Positions 36,231 through 48,597 of a DNA stretch of 64,000 nucleotides are shown here, piece after piece; the first letter of the stretch is position 1; each line of letters opens with the position of its first letter. A program made the translations under genes and the position numbers. The notes below the pieces were generated by a model. It did no database searches. It was not told the DNA's origin and saw only the letters and a program-made list of their open reading frames with translations. Source of the DNA: Marsupella aquatica. Lineage: Eukaryota > Plantae > Marchantiophyta. The stretch is from positions 26,467,972-26,531,971 of the forward strand of contig OZ316891.1 of assembly GCA_973895155.1 (NCBI GenBank). Direction: 5' to 3'.

Positions 36231-36568
36231 GGGTATAGCGACGGAGACAAGAAACAGGTAAACAGGAATTTTTTTTCCTATTTTTAATATGCCGTTACCA
36301 AGAAAAAATCACTGTTACCAGGAAAAATGACAATTTAAAAATGTCTCCTAAAACATATTATTTCCAAAAAAATTAACAATGCAACATTTTTGGCTAGCTT
36401 TGGGCGCTACTATTAGCAGCGCCGGGCGCTAGCAAAAAAACTGGTCGACCCTAAACCCTAAACCTTCAAAAAAAAATTCCACCAATTTTCCTGTTACCAA
36501 TTTTTTTCCTGTTACCAGTTTCTGTTATTAAATCATGTTTCCTGTTTGCTGTCTTTTGTAAACACCTC
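36231..36568 (+). mobile_element. ~340-bp MITE with 8-bp TSD (copy 1)
   Basis: Flanks cttgcatc and cttgcacc (7/8 match). Termini GGGTAT...CACCTC with aaacagg subterminal motifs. Inverted homolog of 37745-38089. Confidence 0.85.
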
Positions 36569-37744
36569 CTTGCACCCCATAACTCTTGATTTCAGTCTGA
36601 TAGTGTCTTTGTCTTGTTGAAAAGATCTTAGCCCCAAACCTTGATGAAAATCTCTTTCTCTGTTCATCATCCTGCCCTATTGCCCATCCAACAATACTAG
36701 GGTTTGAATCTATAATAACAATGATTAGCCTACCATCATAGCATAAGGGGCGTAGAATAAGGGAGCTAGGTAATGCCTCGTTTAATCTTTGCATAGCCTC
36801 CTTGTGCGCCTCAGTCCAAACAAATTGCACATTCTTCCTTAGCAATCCATACAAGGGATCAACAATGTGTGCAAAGTATGAAATCCAAAACCTATAAAAC
36901 AAGCAAGCACCAAGAAATATTTTCACCTGATTGATTGCATCCATCTTTCCTCCATTTGGCCTTCTCCCAAGTTCAACTCCACAAATCTATCCTACAATCA
37001 AGACTTCATGGAGCCCAAATAAAGATTTTTCTCCAGAAAGAGTGAGCCAACTTCAATCAATAGTTTTGAGATAGCTTTCACATCTTGGATGTGCTCCCAT
37101 ATAAACTGTTGCAACCCATCTTCACGTAAGTCTCATCATTTTTTGTCTTCAAGCATTTTGCATGTGTGCCGCGAGTGTGTGTCATTGAGTTTGTTGCTCC
37201 TTGAGGCAAAGTGCACATGCAAAGTAGCCCCAAAGGTGTACTCATTGTGATGATATCTCTACTATTTTGAGTCAACTAAAACTGATCATAGCCTGAATAG
37301 AGATCATCACATGAATAGATGGCTCTACCAACAAACTCTTTTGCAAACTCATCAACTATAGGTTCTATTCAAGTGTTGCAAATAGTAATCTTGTTGGGTG
37401 GCTGCATATCATGAACAAATTTAAGTTTATCATTTTCTTGCCAATAATAAACCAACGATTAGATAAAGTGCATCTGCTCTTTCCAAGATCCTAGTGGAAA
37501 GCTTCTCTTTCAATAGATCAATAAGTTTAGGCAACAAAGTCTTTGGCACCAGAATGAGTTTCAAGTCCCAAGGAATATGAGGGACAATAAAAATTACCAT
37601 AGGAATAACAACACTAGGATCTACACATCCCATCTCTTCAGGATAGAATGCAATTTTTTTACCATATTCACCAATCATTAAATGTCAAAACTTTTGTTTT
37701 CTTTCCTTATCAACAATCCATCATCGTCAATCCTTAGTTGATTA

Positions 37745-38089
37745 GAGGTGTTTACAAAAGACAGCAAAACAGTAAACAGGAGTTAATAACAGAAACTGGT
37801 AACAGGAAAAAAAACTGGTTAGAGGAAAATGGGTGAAATTTTTTTTTGAGAAAAAAAAGCTTTTTTTTGGTCGACCAATTTTTTTTCCTAGCGCCCGGCG
37901 CTGCTAATAGTAGCGCCCAAAGCTAGCCAAAAATGTTGCATTGTTGATTTTTTTTGAAAATGACATGTTTTAGGAGACATTTTTAACTTGTCATTTTTCC
38001 TGGTAACAGTGATTTTTTTTCTGGTAACAACATATTAAAAATAGGAAAAAATTCATGTTTACCTGTTTCCTATCTTCGTCGCTATACCC
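37745..38089 (-). mobile_element. ~345-bp MITE with 8-bp TSD (copy 2, inverted)
   Basis: Perfect TSD gttgatta at 37737-37744 and 38090-38097. Reverse complement of 36231-36568. Confidence 0.9.
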
Positions 38090-38323
38090 GTTGATTAAGG
38101 GTCTTCTCTGTGAACTTATGACCAATCTTAGTTTGATCTTTAAGCTAGACCGGTCTTTTTACTTGTCTTCTCTAGAATCTCCTTAGTATCTAAAGGCAAA
38201 GGAGTTGCCGCTGGTTTGACTTTCTTGTCCACTATTTTATACTTGGTGTTGACCTCAATAAATTGAGATAATTCATCACACAACTCATCATTGATTTCCA
38301 CATGAGCTTTTTTTTTGTGAAAA

Positions 38324-39057
38324 GAGATGACATAATCCATCAGTTATCAGTCACTAATATTAGTGGCTCCCATTTTTTTTGGCAATCTCAAAGACCTCTT
38401 TGAGATGGCGACATTTTTTTTTTGCAATCTCGGAAAGGCTCTCCGAGATCTTGACATTTGTTTTGGCAATCTCGGAAAGGCTCTCCGAGATCTTGACATT
38501 TGTTTTGGCAATCTCGGAAAGGCTCTCCGAGATCTTGACATTTGTTTTGGCAATCTCGGAAAGGCTATCCGAGATCCCATCACCCTTCTAGGAGTATCTT
38601 GGAGATACCAAGTTGGTTTGTCACCATCTCGGAGAGCCTCTCCGAGATACCAAGTTACTTTGCGAATCATCTTTGACTTTCTCATTCTATTTCTTAGACC
38701 ATCTCGGAGATCACTTTGCTTCTTGAGCCTCAAGTTCTCATTCCATTTCTCAGACCATCTTGGAGAGCCTCTCCAAGATACCAAGTCACTTTGTTGCCAT
38801 CCCGGAGAGTCTCTCTGAGATACCAAGTCACTTTGTTGACCATCTCGGAGAGCTCTATGAGATACCAAGTCACTTTGCTGCCATCTTGGATAGCCTCTTC
38901 GAGATACCAAGTCATTTTTCGAACCATCTTTGACTTTCCCATTCCATTTCTTAGACCATCTCGGAGAGCCTCTCTGAGATACTAGATCACTCTACTTCTT
39001 GAGCCTCAAGTTTTTGTTCAATTTCTTAAACCATCTCCGAGAGCCTCTCCGAGATAC
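38324..39057. repeat. Probable MULE terminus with an array of palindromic ATCTCGGAGAG-C-CTCTCCGAGAT units (~42-bp period)
   Basis: Starts gagatgacataatccatcagttatcagt, sharing the catcagttatcagt core with the TIRs of 41330-42019. About a dozen palindrome copies follow. Confidence 0.65.
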
Positions 39058-39139
39058 AAATACATAAAATTTGCAAGTCATAAATAATCTTCTTTCGCAA
39101 GTTTTCTACCTGGTTGCCAACAAAATCTGTAGGAGCATC

Positions 39140-41200
39140 TCAACTTATGCTCTCTACATAGTTAAGGATAAATACCCCACAATTTACACTATCATCTTGT
39201 AATGGAAGGCCTAACACTAAAGTTCTAGGCCATTGGTATGCACCTGGTGAGGGCAATCTTCTTTGACATAAGGTAGTGGTACCAACAAAGTATTTTAAGC
39301 TGAAGGGAGGCCAGAAGCTAAGGCGGAGTTTGACAAGATCTTGGGCTACATTGAGCAACAACTTGTGGCCAAACGGAGGGAGGATAATATCAACTGTCAG
39401 TGGGAGGCAGAGTGGTGTACCTCCCCCCCACGTGCTCGTCCAAACTCGTTTCTCAGCCTTGAAACAAGTCAAATCTTGCACTAACACGGAATGTTGGGGC
39501 AAGTTTCCTTTGACTATACTCCTTGTCGTTAGCGACCACTCCCATACAAAGCCATACTTGCCCTCGTCAGCACAACCGTTGCTCAAAGGTCTTTACTATC
39601 TGCACAAGCAACCAAGTAACCCATTTTGATCTTAGAACTCCCAAGACCATTGTCTTGCATCAAGCTCAACAGTTGTTAGTAAGTAGGTCAGCAGATAGAG
39701 CCTCCCAGACCCGCATGGCCTTGCCATAAACTGAAGCTAAGGTCGACATCACTGTTCATCCGGAACAGTCTATCTATTAAATATCACCCAAACTTCTTTT
39801 CTTTCTACTCGTCAATGGCTAACCGCCTTGCCTCCAGGACATGCCCATGACCCAAACTCAATTTATCATAAGCTAGTAGTAACACGTCGGGACCATTCAA
39901 TTTCTAGTTCTTAGCCACCTTCCGGCAAAATTGGGTTCCGCTCAAACTCTCATATGCATCGAGACCAGATCTCAAAGGCAGCCTTCAAAGTCTACTTGGT
40001 TCTACCTCCCCAACATCATCCCCCATGAGAACCAAATGCAGTTTGGTCACTATTTGATTTTGGATCGGCAAGAGGAATTCTTCCCCATTGCAAGCCTCAA
40101 AACCAAAACCATTCAATGCACAATTAGAGAGCACCACAAGGTAGCTTTCTTTATTAGCTTTCCAACAAGCCCAAGAACTCACCCAACGGAGATCCGGTCA
40201 TCGAGTTATGCTTGTTTTTGCTCCAAAACTTGAAACGACGTATCTTCATCGATTGCGATCAGCTTAAGCTCAAACTTGAGACTTCCCTCATATATGCTTA
40301 TGGGGACCTGTCACCCCTGGACTAGCTTTGGTCCCCTATCTTTGGCCCCCTACCCGAGGGTCGATGGGCCCTACCACTTAGCTCAAAACAAAGAAGATTG
40401 AAAACCCTCCAGAACTTGGCCTCAAGCACAATATGTGACATAGGGGGCTAGAAGTTACGGCCTAAAAACTTGCTTTGGTCCAGACAACCCCCCTTGGTCC
40501 AAGCGTGTCCCTCAATGCGCAGCGACTCTAGTCGAGTCTAAATTGGCCATAACTTTTGGCCCCTGGGTCCGTTGGCCGAGAAATACGCGGCCTCGTGATT
40601 GGGATCATGTGGGGCTTCTTGGGCTCCTATGATGGTCCATTGGAAAAATATTTCATTTTTCCATGATTGACAACGGGCCCAAACTACAAGCATGCAACTT
40701 GAATCAGCCATAACTTTTGGCCCCTAGGTCCGTTGGCCAAGAATTATGTGGCCCCATAATTGGGCTCATGTGGGGCTTCTTGGGACCCTATGGTGATCCA
40801 TTGGAAAAATAGTTTATTTTTTCACGATCGGTAACGGGTCCAATATAGCTAAATTGGAGCGTATTTTTTTCAAGTCTTGTCCTTGCTCTTACTAGCCTTC
40901 TTTTTGTTAGTCGCATCCCTAATAGCCATGATGGTAGCAAATCTAAGAGGGGCTCAACGCTGGAGTTAGGCAACGTCGAAGCAATTACGAGTAGATGAAA
41001 GTTTGACACGCGACTGGCAGCAAGGAATCTCACCTTCCTTGGGAAAACTCTAACACATTCAACTGGGATATGGCTACTTAGCCAGACTCTATCACCAACC
41101 GGCCCATCATTCAGACCAAGAAAATTCTGCCTAGTCAAGCCAGGTACTTGCTATAAACAATGCAGATTGTTCTTTAGATACAACCAATAAAGGTAGTCCG
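39140..41200 (-). pseudogene. Ulp1/C48-like cysteine protease remnant split by a solo LTR
   Basis: PLQDDSVNCGVFILNYVE (QxxxxxCG catalytic motif) at ~39150-39210. After removing the LTR, an H-[W>stop]-QLI motif sits at the junction. The right boundary is approximate. Confidence 0.6.
39411..41015 (-). mobile_element. Solo LTR of the chromovirus family (1605 bp, two 161-bp units)
   Basis: Diverged homolog of 24206-26455. 5-bp TSD GGCAG at 39406-39410 and 41016-41020. Termini AGT...ACT. Confidence 0.93.
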
Positions 41201-41289
41201 CACTTGACACAATGCCCACAAAAGCAGACTATGATGACATAGGGGCTCGAACCGCCAACATGGACTACACCTACCCTCATAAATTACTT

Positions 41290-44200
41290 TCTCCCCCAAC
41301 TAACCCCCCGGTCAACGCTCAATCTAGGAGGGGTAGCAAGGATCATCAGTTGATATCAGTGGCTGATAACTGATATCAGTTTTGTCGCCTTGAAATTTTT
41401 GAATCTTAGCTGAGCAGCTGAGATAGGGCCTTCGCATTTTCGCGCAGCTCAGCTGGGGCAGCTGAGATTGACTCAATCTTAGCTGACCTCGCCAAGATTG
41501 GCGTAAGGACAAAAAAAACGAAAAAAAAATTCTTGTTTTTTTGAAAAATTCCAACACAAAAAATTCCAACAAAAAAAATTCCAACAAAAAAAATTTGACA
41601 AAATTCGGCGTCCATACCGTACAGACATCGGAGTATCTCAGCAGGCCTCGCCGAGATGTGGTCTCAATCTCAGCTGACCTCGCCGAGATTGGCGTAAGGA
41701 TAAAAAAACCAAAAAAAAAAAATCATTTTTTTTGGAAAAATTCCAACAAAAATAAAATTTCCCCAAAAAAAATTCGACAAAATTCGGATTGGACTATCTC
41801 GGCGGGCCTCGCCGAGATGTGGTATCCGTACGGTACGGACACACATAGTGGGAAAAAATATTTTTTATTTTTTATTCTCCATCAAATTTTGAGAAAAACA
41901 ATTTAAAAAAAATGCATTTTTTTCGGCGCCTCAACTTGGCGGCCTCTCTGAGATGATGTGGCGATTGATATCAGGTCGACTGATGGAAAACACTGATAAC
42001 TGATGATGTAGCTTTACTCAATCTAGGAAGACACCCGCCCCCTCGCATCAAAACTTGTTACGGATAGTCCACGTTCCCGAGGTGGTCTGAACAGCGATCA
42101 AGGAACCAACCCATGCAGACTATCATTCTCAAGGAGCATCAATTAGATAAATTAGCTCAATCAACCTGGAGGCCTACCGCCTTTGGAGCAAGGGAGATGC
42201 ATGAGTTCATCTTAAACTTTGACATTGATACACCTGCCACCAAGGTGTCAGGACAAACTTTGTTCCTCACGGAGTACCAATTAGCCCAAATCTTTTGTGT
42301 ACCGACATATCTATGCCAATCGAACTCCGGATCTGGGATAAGGAGTATTCCCTCAACACTTTCAACTAGAGGGCAAGACGAACAACGGGTACAAGCAAAG
42401 TTTACAGTGTACCAATCTGGTCTGTATGGAGCAACTAAACTTCATCCGGACCACCATGCACATGATCAAACCTCGATCCGAGATCTCCCTCTGCACAATT
42501 ACGTAGGTCACGGAGAAGTTGAGACCAAAAAATAGAAACCTACCTAGGAAGCCATATAGCAATCATCCTAGATTGGTACAAGCAATGGCGCGAGGTAAGG
42601 GGGAAGAAAACCGCAACCTCGGTCTTGGCCGGCGCCAGCCCTACCCCCAGTAGTAGCACGCCGAGCGCCCCAACCACCGCAACTCAGGTAAACCCGCCTC
42701 TGCTCCAACACGACCTGCTCCCCCACCTACTCCGTTTGGGACCATTGTGAACAATGGGCCCCCGTTGCCTCCAACGTATCCACCCCTGATTCCACCACCC
42801 CTACGGATCCCAATCCTTCTCCCTTGCGGACTACGGAGGAAGCAGTAGCCCCACCCATGGAAGGACCCTTGCCAGAGACTGTGGATGAGTACCAAGTAGT
42901 ATCCAGTACCTTAGCCCATGATTTGATTCAAAAGTTTAGTTGGGATCCTTCGGTGGAGCTAGCGAAGTATATCGCCCTCTAGGTCACTAACTACTTCCAA
43001 CCAACCTTCTTCACGTTGGATCACCACCCGTGGCTTATGGCCCTCTTGCAAGACAAACTCATGGCCAAGGGAAACAAGATCGGGGGCCTTCAAATAACCG
43101 TGGAGCGCCTAGAGTCAGCAACCACCACCCACCAAGGGGATTTAGTCTGTGTCTCAGACCAACGAGATGGACTAAAACAAGAACTATTTAAGGTTCAAGC
43201 AGATCTTAAGGAGCAGAAGGCTATCATGGCTCAGCTGGAGGAAGAGTCTACGGCTCAGGTTAAGAGCCTGGCTAACCTGAACAACCAGTTTGTGCAGGCT
43301 GTTCAACAGGTGAATATTGTCACCACCGATCGGGATAAGTGGTTGGCGCAGCATTAGGCCGACCTTAAAATGATTGGTAACCTCAACCTGGAGGTGGGAC
43401 ATCTGCAAACCGAGGTGGATGAGGTATCCAACGGGGCAGAGGAGGCAACTTAGGATAACCAAGCCCTGGAGGCTCAGGTTATTCTGCTGGTGAGCTAGCA
43501 GGATGGGGCGGGAAATGCCTCTAACCAAGGCAGATTGCAGTGAATCCCTGCCCAACAAAGGGACAAACATAGGGCCAGCAGCATAGCACGTGCGAGGGGT
43601 GGATAGAGGAGGAGGCGGCTGGTCAGCTGCGCAGTACAACAAGAAGGCAGTGACAAATTTTTGGCTAACTTTAGCGACAAGCTAGCTGCCTTTAGGCGCC
43701 AATTAGCAGCGCAATAGATAGGATTAGGACAAACTCAGTTAGGACCGTCAAACATAGGGATATGATGTCCATCAATGTGTTATGAGTGATTGGCAGTAAG
43801 ACCTAGGGATTAGGATTGCAGTCAATTGCTCCAGCATGTTGACAGTCAACTTTGTCACTTCGTTGACAGTCAATTGCGTCAATTTTGAAGGCTGCAACTA
43901 GTTAGGTACACTTAGGCAGCGATTTCCCGGGAAGGTAGTGTCTCCCTTGGCCCTTTGGCAAGTGGTATTTAAGGACCCCCCTTTCGCTTGGAGGGGGGGG
44001 GGGAGGGTTTGCTTTATTTTGGAAAAGATAGCTTACATGGTGCAAGGGGAGTCCCAACCTGAGTAGGATTAGAGAGCACTGAGGATTGAGAGCCAGAGTA
44101 GCTAGAGCTTGTTGGGCAAGTGCAATACAAGGTTTAGAAGTCGAGTCAACTTACCATGTACATGTCACTTCTTTTTTCTGAGTAAACCATAGATAGTCTT

Positions 44201-44577
44201 CCCCTCTGATCTTTGCAAGTAATCTGTGTATTGGGCATGACTTGTCTTTGACAAAGGCACCATTTCAAGGGATGCACCGGGTGCAGACTAATGGTTGGGA
44301 TTGTGAGAAAGTGCATGCTGATTATGTTGCGAGTTCTTGTTGTTGGCAATGGCTTGTAAGTCCCCAAGCCGGGAGTTTGTTTGAATCACTGACTGTGGGT
44401 GTATTCCAACGGCGGAATCCAAACATACCTGTGATATCCATATACATATATATAGTCCGACTTAGACTAACACAGGCCACTACACCCCTCCTTGCCCGGG
44501 ACCTCACCCTTACTGGTGATCATGAGCACTTCAGGGGGCGTTAACCCAAAATTAAGACTCGGGTTGTTAGTGCAACA
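41290..44577 (+). mobile_element. Second, more decayed copy of the accessory-ORF retroelement segment
   Basis: ORFs 42113-42535 and 43016-43357 match 788-1540 and 1222-2301 (LKEHQL...EFI.NFD...TKVSGQ; LMAKGN.IG.LQ). The non-coding tail matches up to the ACA end. Confidence 0.75.
41330..42019. mobile_element. 690-bp non-autonomous Mutator-like element
   Basis: 9-bp TSD aatctagga at 41321-41329 and 42020-42028. G...C termini, imperfect TIRs with atcatcagtt/atcagtg, and internal ctcgccgagat repeats. Confidence 0.85.
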
Positions 44578-44589
44578 ATTATCTACAAA

Positions 44590-44905
44590 TGGCAAAGTCT
44601 GATTATGTTCCGATTGTTGTTATCCAATTTGGTTTGAATTGGAAACTACGATATTACAAGAGTCGGATTAGATGTTTTTCTTGGCAAAATTTTACAAAGG
44701 GATCCGAAAAATGGTCTTACAATGTACTAGTGAAGGACCAGAGAAACAGAATTTCAAAACTGTTGGATGTGTCCCAATCACCCATTAAGGTCTTGGACAT
44801 ATCCAATGTAGAAGATGAAGGAAGGTTATGGAGAAATATAATTGGCAAGTTCCTTGGAGTAGAATCGCCTTGTAAATTCCAGCACATAATTTGGTCAAGA
44901 GGTAG
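44590..44905 (-). mobile_element. Possible LINE endonuclease N-terminal remnant
   Basis: IMCWNLQG resembles the APE-domain WNxxG start. The rest is degenerate. Confidence 0.25.
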
Positions 44906-45199
44906 CAATCAAGTTGTGATTGCAGGGCTGCTACAAAGCTTTAATTCACTCTGACTTTGATATGCTCTGATCCTTAATGTAACTACAAAGTGATCTCTTC
45001 TGGCAACTACACTACTAAAGACTTCTTCTGCACGGGACTGCTGTGAGTGTGCATGCTACTCTACAACGTACCCGAAGTACTATGAAGGCCCGATGACTAC
45101 AGAGATCCTTAACCAAACTTACCGTGATGACTGACAAATCTGGGACAAGAAATTGCCCCTCTAACTCTATCATTGTTGATGCTTGAGCGTAGTCCTTAT

Positions 45200-45690
45200 C
45201 TCTGCCAAGTGTATAGCGTCTGCTTTGAGGCACGCAAACTGTATAGTGGTACTGCTATGCTCTTTCTTAATCACGTTTGTCGTCACATTCAGCACAGAAC
45301 TCACTTTGCTACCCTTTTTGAGTTGGAGACTGACATCTCTCTACTTCAGATCGAGACTTTCAAGGATCATAGATTTAGATATAGATACAATGGAGGTTAC
45401 CTGACCACTCATCTTAGTGATTTGACCAGGATGTGGGCCATGCCATGCCTGAGCAGTGCTGGTTAATTTTGACCCACTCACGGATCAAGATGTTTTGGTG
45501 ACCCCTGGGGACTGGATGCCATTTCCTCCTCGCTGCGGCGGTGTGAGGTCGTGGGCGTTGGCCCCTCGGGTCCTGGTGTTGTGTGTGATGGCCCTGAGGG
45601 CTTGCTTGTTCGTTTCATTGCGGTGCCTTTGAATATCAGTTTGCGCACTGTCGCCTTTCCTTTAAAAAATAAAATAAAATAAATAAAATA
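45200..45690 (+). mobile_element. Possible 3' end of a non-LTR retroelement with A-rich tail
   Basis: A GT-rich UTR-like tract ends in aaaaaataaaataaaataaataaaata (45664-45690). No TSD was found. Confidence 0.4.
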
Positions 45691-45759
45691 CTACAGACGT
45701 TCATAAATGTACACTATTACAATAAGCCCCCTTGAGGTAAGAGCAGTTTGTATTCTCTC

Positions 45760-46305
45760 CACCATTTGAGCAACCGAGAGTGTTCCTAGCTCCCTACGCG
45801 CACAGTCGTTGTCTCCGTCTCTAATTCTTTAGGTCCCACAACGGCCATCACTGGAATTTTCTGTATCTCATCAAATTTTGAGGGTCGGTCACAGCGCTCC
45901 AGCTCTGCTGTGATGCCGAGTTCTTTCAGCTGCGATACTACTGGCAATATGGCAACTCAGAATCTGTGACTCCAAGCAACCTAATGTGAACAGGGGCCAG
46001 TCACAAGGGGAAGTCCCCCGCACAGTCTTCTACTAATATACCAAAGAATCGCTCAACAGAACCAAGAATAGCACGGTGAATCATTGTGGGCTGTTTCTTG
46101 GAGCATCATTATGGGCTGTTTCTTGGAGGTCTCCATATCTGCGTAAACCAGTTGGAAGGTTAAAATCCACCTGAATTGTAGAGCATTTCCATTGCGCTTC
46201 AATCTTCAGATCTATTTTAGGGTCATATAAAGCGCCTCCACCCTGATCAATAGAATAATCCCATCCTTCATCCTCCAGAGCATATCTCAAAGCATTTGTG
46301 GCTGT
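45760..46305 (-). pseudogene. thrS: Threonyl-tRNA synthetase (organellar/bacterial-type) C-terminal pseudogene fragment
   Basis: [48 protein letters not shown] and [32 protein letters not shown]. Contains stops, deletions and short tandem duplications; no introns seen. Confidence 0.88.
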
Positions 46306-46443
46306 TTATATTGTGGCTGTTTATATTGTGGCTGTTTATATTGTGGCTTGGAAGACAAAATATATCAAAGGATATGTGCATCATCTTGTGTAAAGCCCAA
46401 AGCCCTGATGACTTTGGAAAGTGGTTGATTTTTGACTCTTAAG

Positions 46444-47260
46444 GTGCCCTCGCCTTTGGGATCAGTGCCATTGAGGCCTGAATTTGCCAACCTCCTGGAC
46501 CCCAATCCCGAATTTGATTTGATAGACATCCGCCTTGAGCTGGATGATATTGGAGCTAAGTATGCTGCAAAAGGAGCTTTTCGACTAGTTCACGTGATGG
46601 TACAGCATTCACAACACCGCAGCAGGCAAACGGTAAGCGAGTCATGCATTCCTATTCTCTCTTTTTGTCTCAACGAGAACGCAAGAAAAATAATGTTTTT
46701 GCATTGCATTGTCAGTATAACTAAAGTTCATGTTTGACTAGTGCTCCTCTTTTAGACAAATTTGTGTATTTCCTGATCTGAGAAAGATGTTTTAGTAAAT
46801 GTGTATATTGCATTTGTAGACCTTTCCCTACAATTGAAGTTCGTGAATGTGGTATCTTGTTGTCTCTTTGTCACTTTTAGCTAATCCTGAAAAAGACATA
46901 TCTGAACAAAAGCACCATTGTCGTCTAATGTGGATTTTAGCCTAAAGGGAGGGAGGCAAGTTTGGTTTCAATTCTTTGAATAGATAGAAATGTTTGGCTT
47001 ACATTTCTCACTCTGTGCTCCAGCAATTGTTGCCCTCGTGTTCTCGCGAAGCGTGTGAGGGTCAATGTTTCTTACATGCTTCGATCCTGTATCAGGCAAA
47101 AAGCAAGGCCGAAGCAGAACAAAAGAAGGCTAACAAGAGGCCGCCAAGCGGAAAGCACAAGCAGATGCTGCAGCAGAAGTAGGGAGGAAGACCAAACTAG
47201 AAGCTGAACGGAAGGGCGAACTTTTGGACTTCATTTCAGCCTCTAAAGTAGTAACCCTTT
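46444..47260 (+). other. Possible two-exon remnant of an unknown gene
   Basis: An open stretch 46444-46632 lies between ttaag| and |gtaagc, then an AT-rich intron-like spacer, then atcag| at 47095 and a Lys/Ala/Glu-rich stretch. No recognisable domain. Confidence 0.2.
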
Positions 47261-48597
47261 AGAGGCCAGAACAAAGTGCGAACCAATAAGAAGCTTAAAG
47301 CTGGTGTGGGTGAATCTTCCCATGCCCTCTGCTGCACTTTTACGCTGTGGACACCTATAGGAAGGAAGTTTCAAAGAAGTAGACTAATCATTCAGTTTTC
47401 TTGTAACCAGTACCAAAGCCTATAGTCTCGGAAGAAGATGCACGGTTAGAAGAAGGGAGGACTAAACAAGTTTGCTTCAAGTTCCATACAAGCACTTGGA
47501 AATGGATCCGAGGTTGACGATAGTATTTTCCTCCCTGACTTTGAAATGATAGCCTAATGTGAAACTACGTTCGACTGTTCAGTCGATAAACGCTTTCACA
47601 ATTGCCATCGGCGTGTTGGATAAGTCAGCTACGTCACTTTTTCCTAAAATGTGAAGTTCTCGTTTCTTATCAGCACTTCCAGGTCTACTAGCTCGCCCTC
47701 CCAGCCAATTCCCCGAGATACGCCATATGGTGGAGGAGGTGATGCACCAGCCAGTCTTGACGGAGCTTAAAAGTCGCCAGCAAACTGAGAGAACGAGAAT
47801 GAAATAGTTTGGTACAAATATTAGGGTCGAGGTTAGAATACCATTTTGCATCAACCTTCGTTTCTTATGCGAACGTCCAGTGGAGACTATACTCTTTGAG
47901 AATGAATAACAGACAGTCAATCTCAGACTCGAAAACAGCCAAGCATAGTGGCAAAATTCGAGAAAAGGAATAGGATCATGTGAGACGGTCACCTCCACAA
48001 GAGCAGCGATCTCAGCCATAACACCAAAAGTATGACCTGCATCAAACGTTGGAGGGCTCCATTGAAGTGGCCAAAGAACACATTCTACAGCGCAAGAGCT
48101 GTCTAGTTATCTTGCCTTAATGTGTGGACTTCACACAACCACTATGTTTTCAACCTGTACTGAAATTTCTTGCAATTCACATGAGATCTCAATGAATATT
48201 TGATTCTGGAGTCAGATTGATTCAGCTTCCTCCCAGTTCTGTGCCACATCTTTCTACCACTGCTCCACTTGTGAAACGGTGACGAGTCTAACAATTTCTG
48301 GAAAGTGCATGTGAGGAGGATCATCCAAGCTGAGGTTTATCAGAGTCTTTTTATAATGGTTGGTTTGGAGAAGCTCACCCAAGATGCTGAAAACCTGAAG
48401 ACAAAGCATTCTATGGCAATTCATCCTTCCACTCGAAGAGATGATTGATTGAATGAATTCTCCATTAGTTGATAGCAAATCGATAAATAAATAGTACACC
48501 TATCTTCACAGCTCGGCTGTATCTTTACATAGTGTACAGTAGATTCCATGACTTAGCTAGCAATCAAACCATCACAGCTCGATATACTATGGTGCTG

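Larger units (their letters stand above)
35690..38300 (-). pseudogene. Decayed gypsy pol (spacer-RT-RNase H-integrase N-terminus), interrupted by two MITEs
   Basis: KYKIVDKKVKP (38140-38340), GCVDPSVVIPMVIFIVPHIPW, TLPQGATNS, FLGACLFYRFWI...GWAIGQDD...RFGAK. Confidence 0.85.

Noticed and set aside
36449-36464. Interstitial telomere
   Set aside because: Only ~2 CCCTAAA units, located inside a MITE.
38381-39057. CRISPR-like look of palindromic 23-bp repeats at a ~42-bp period
   Set aside because: The spacers are themselves repeated rather than unique, no cas genes are present, and the context is a eukaryotic TE.
45760-46305. Bacterial contamination or recent HGT of thrS
   Set aside because: It is decayed and embedded in plant DNA, and plants encode a bacterial-type organellar ThrRS in the nucleus.
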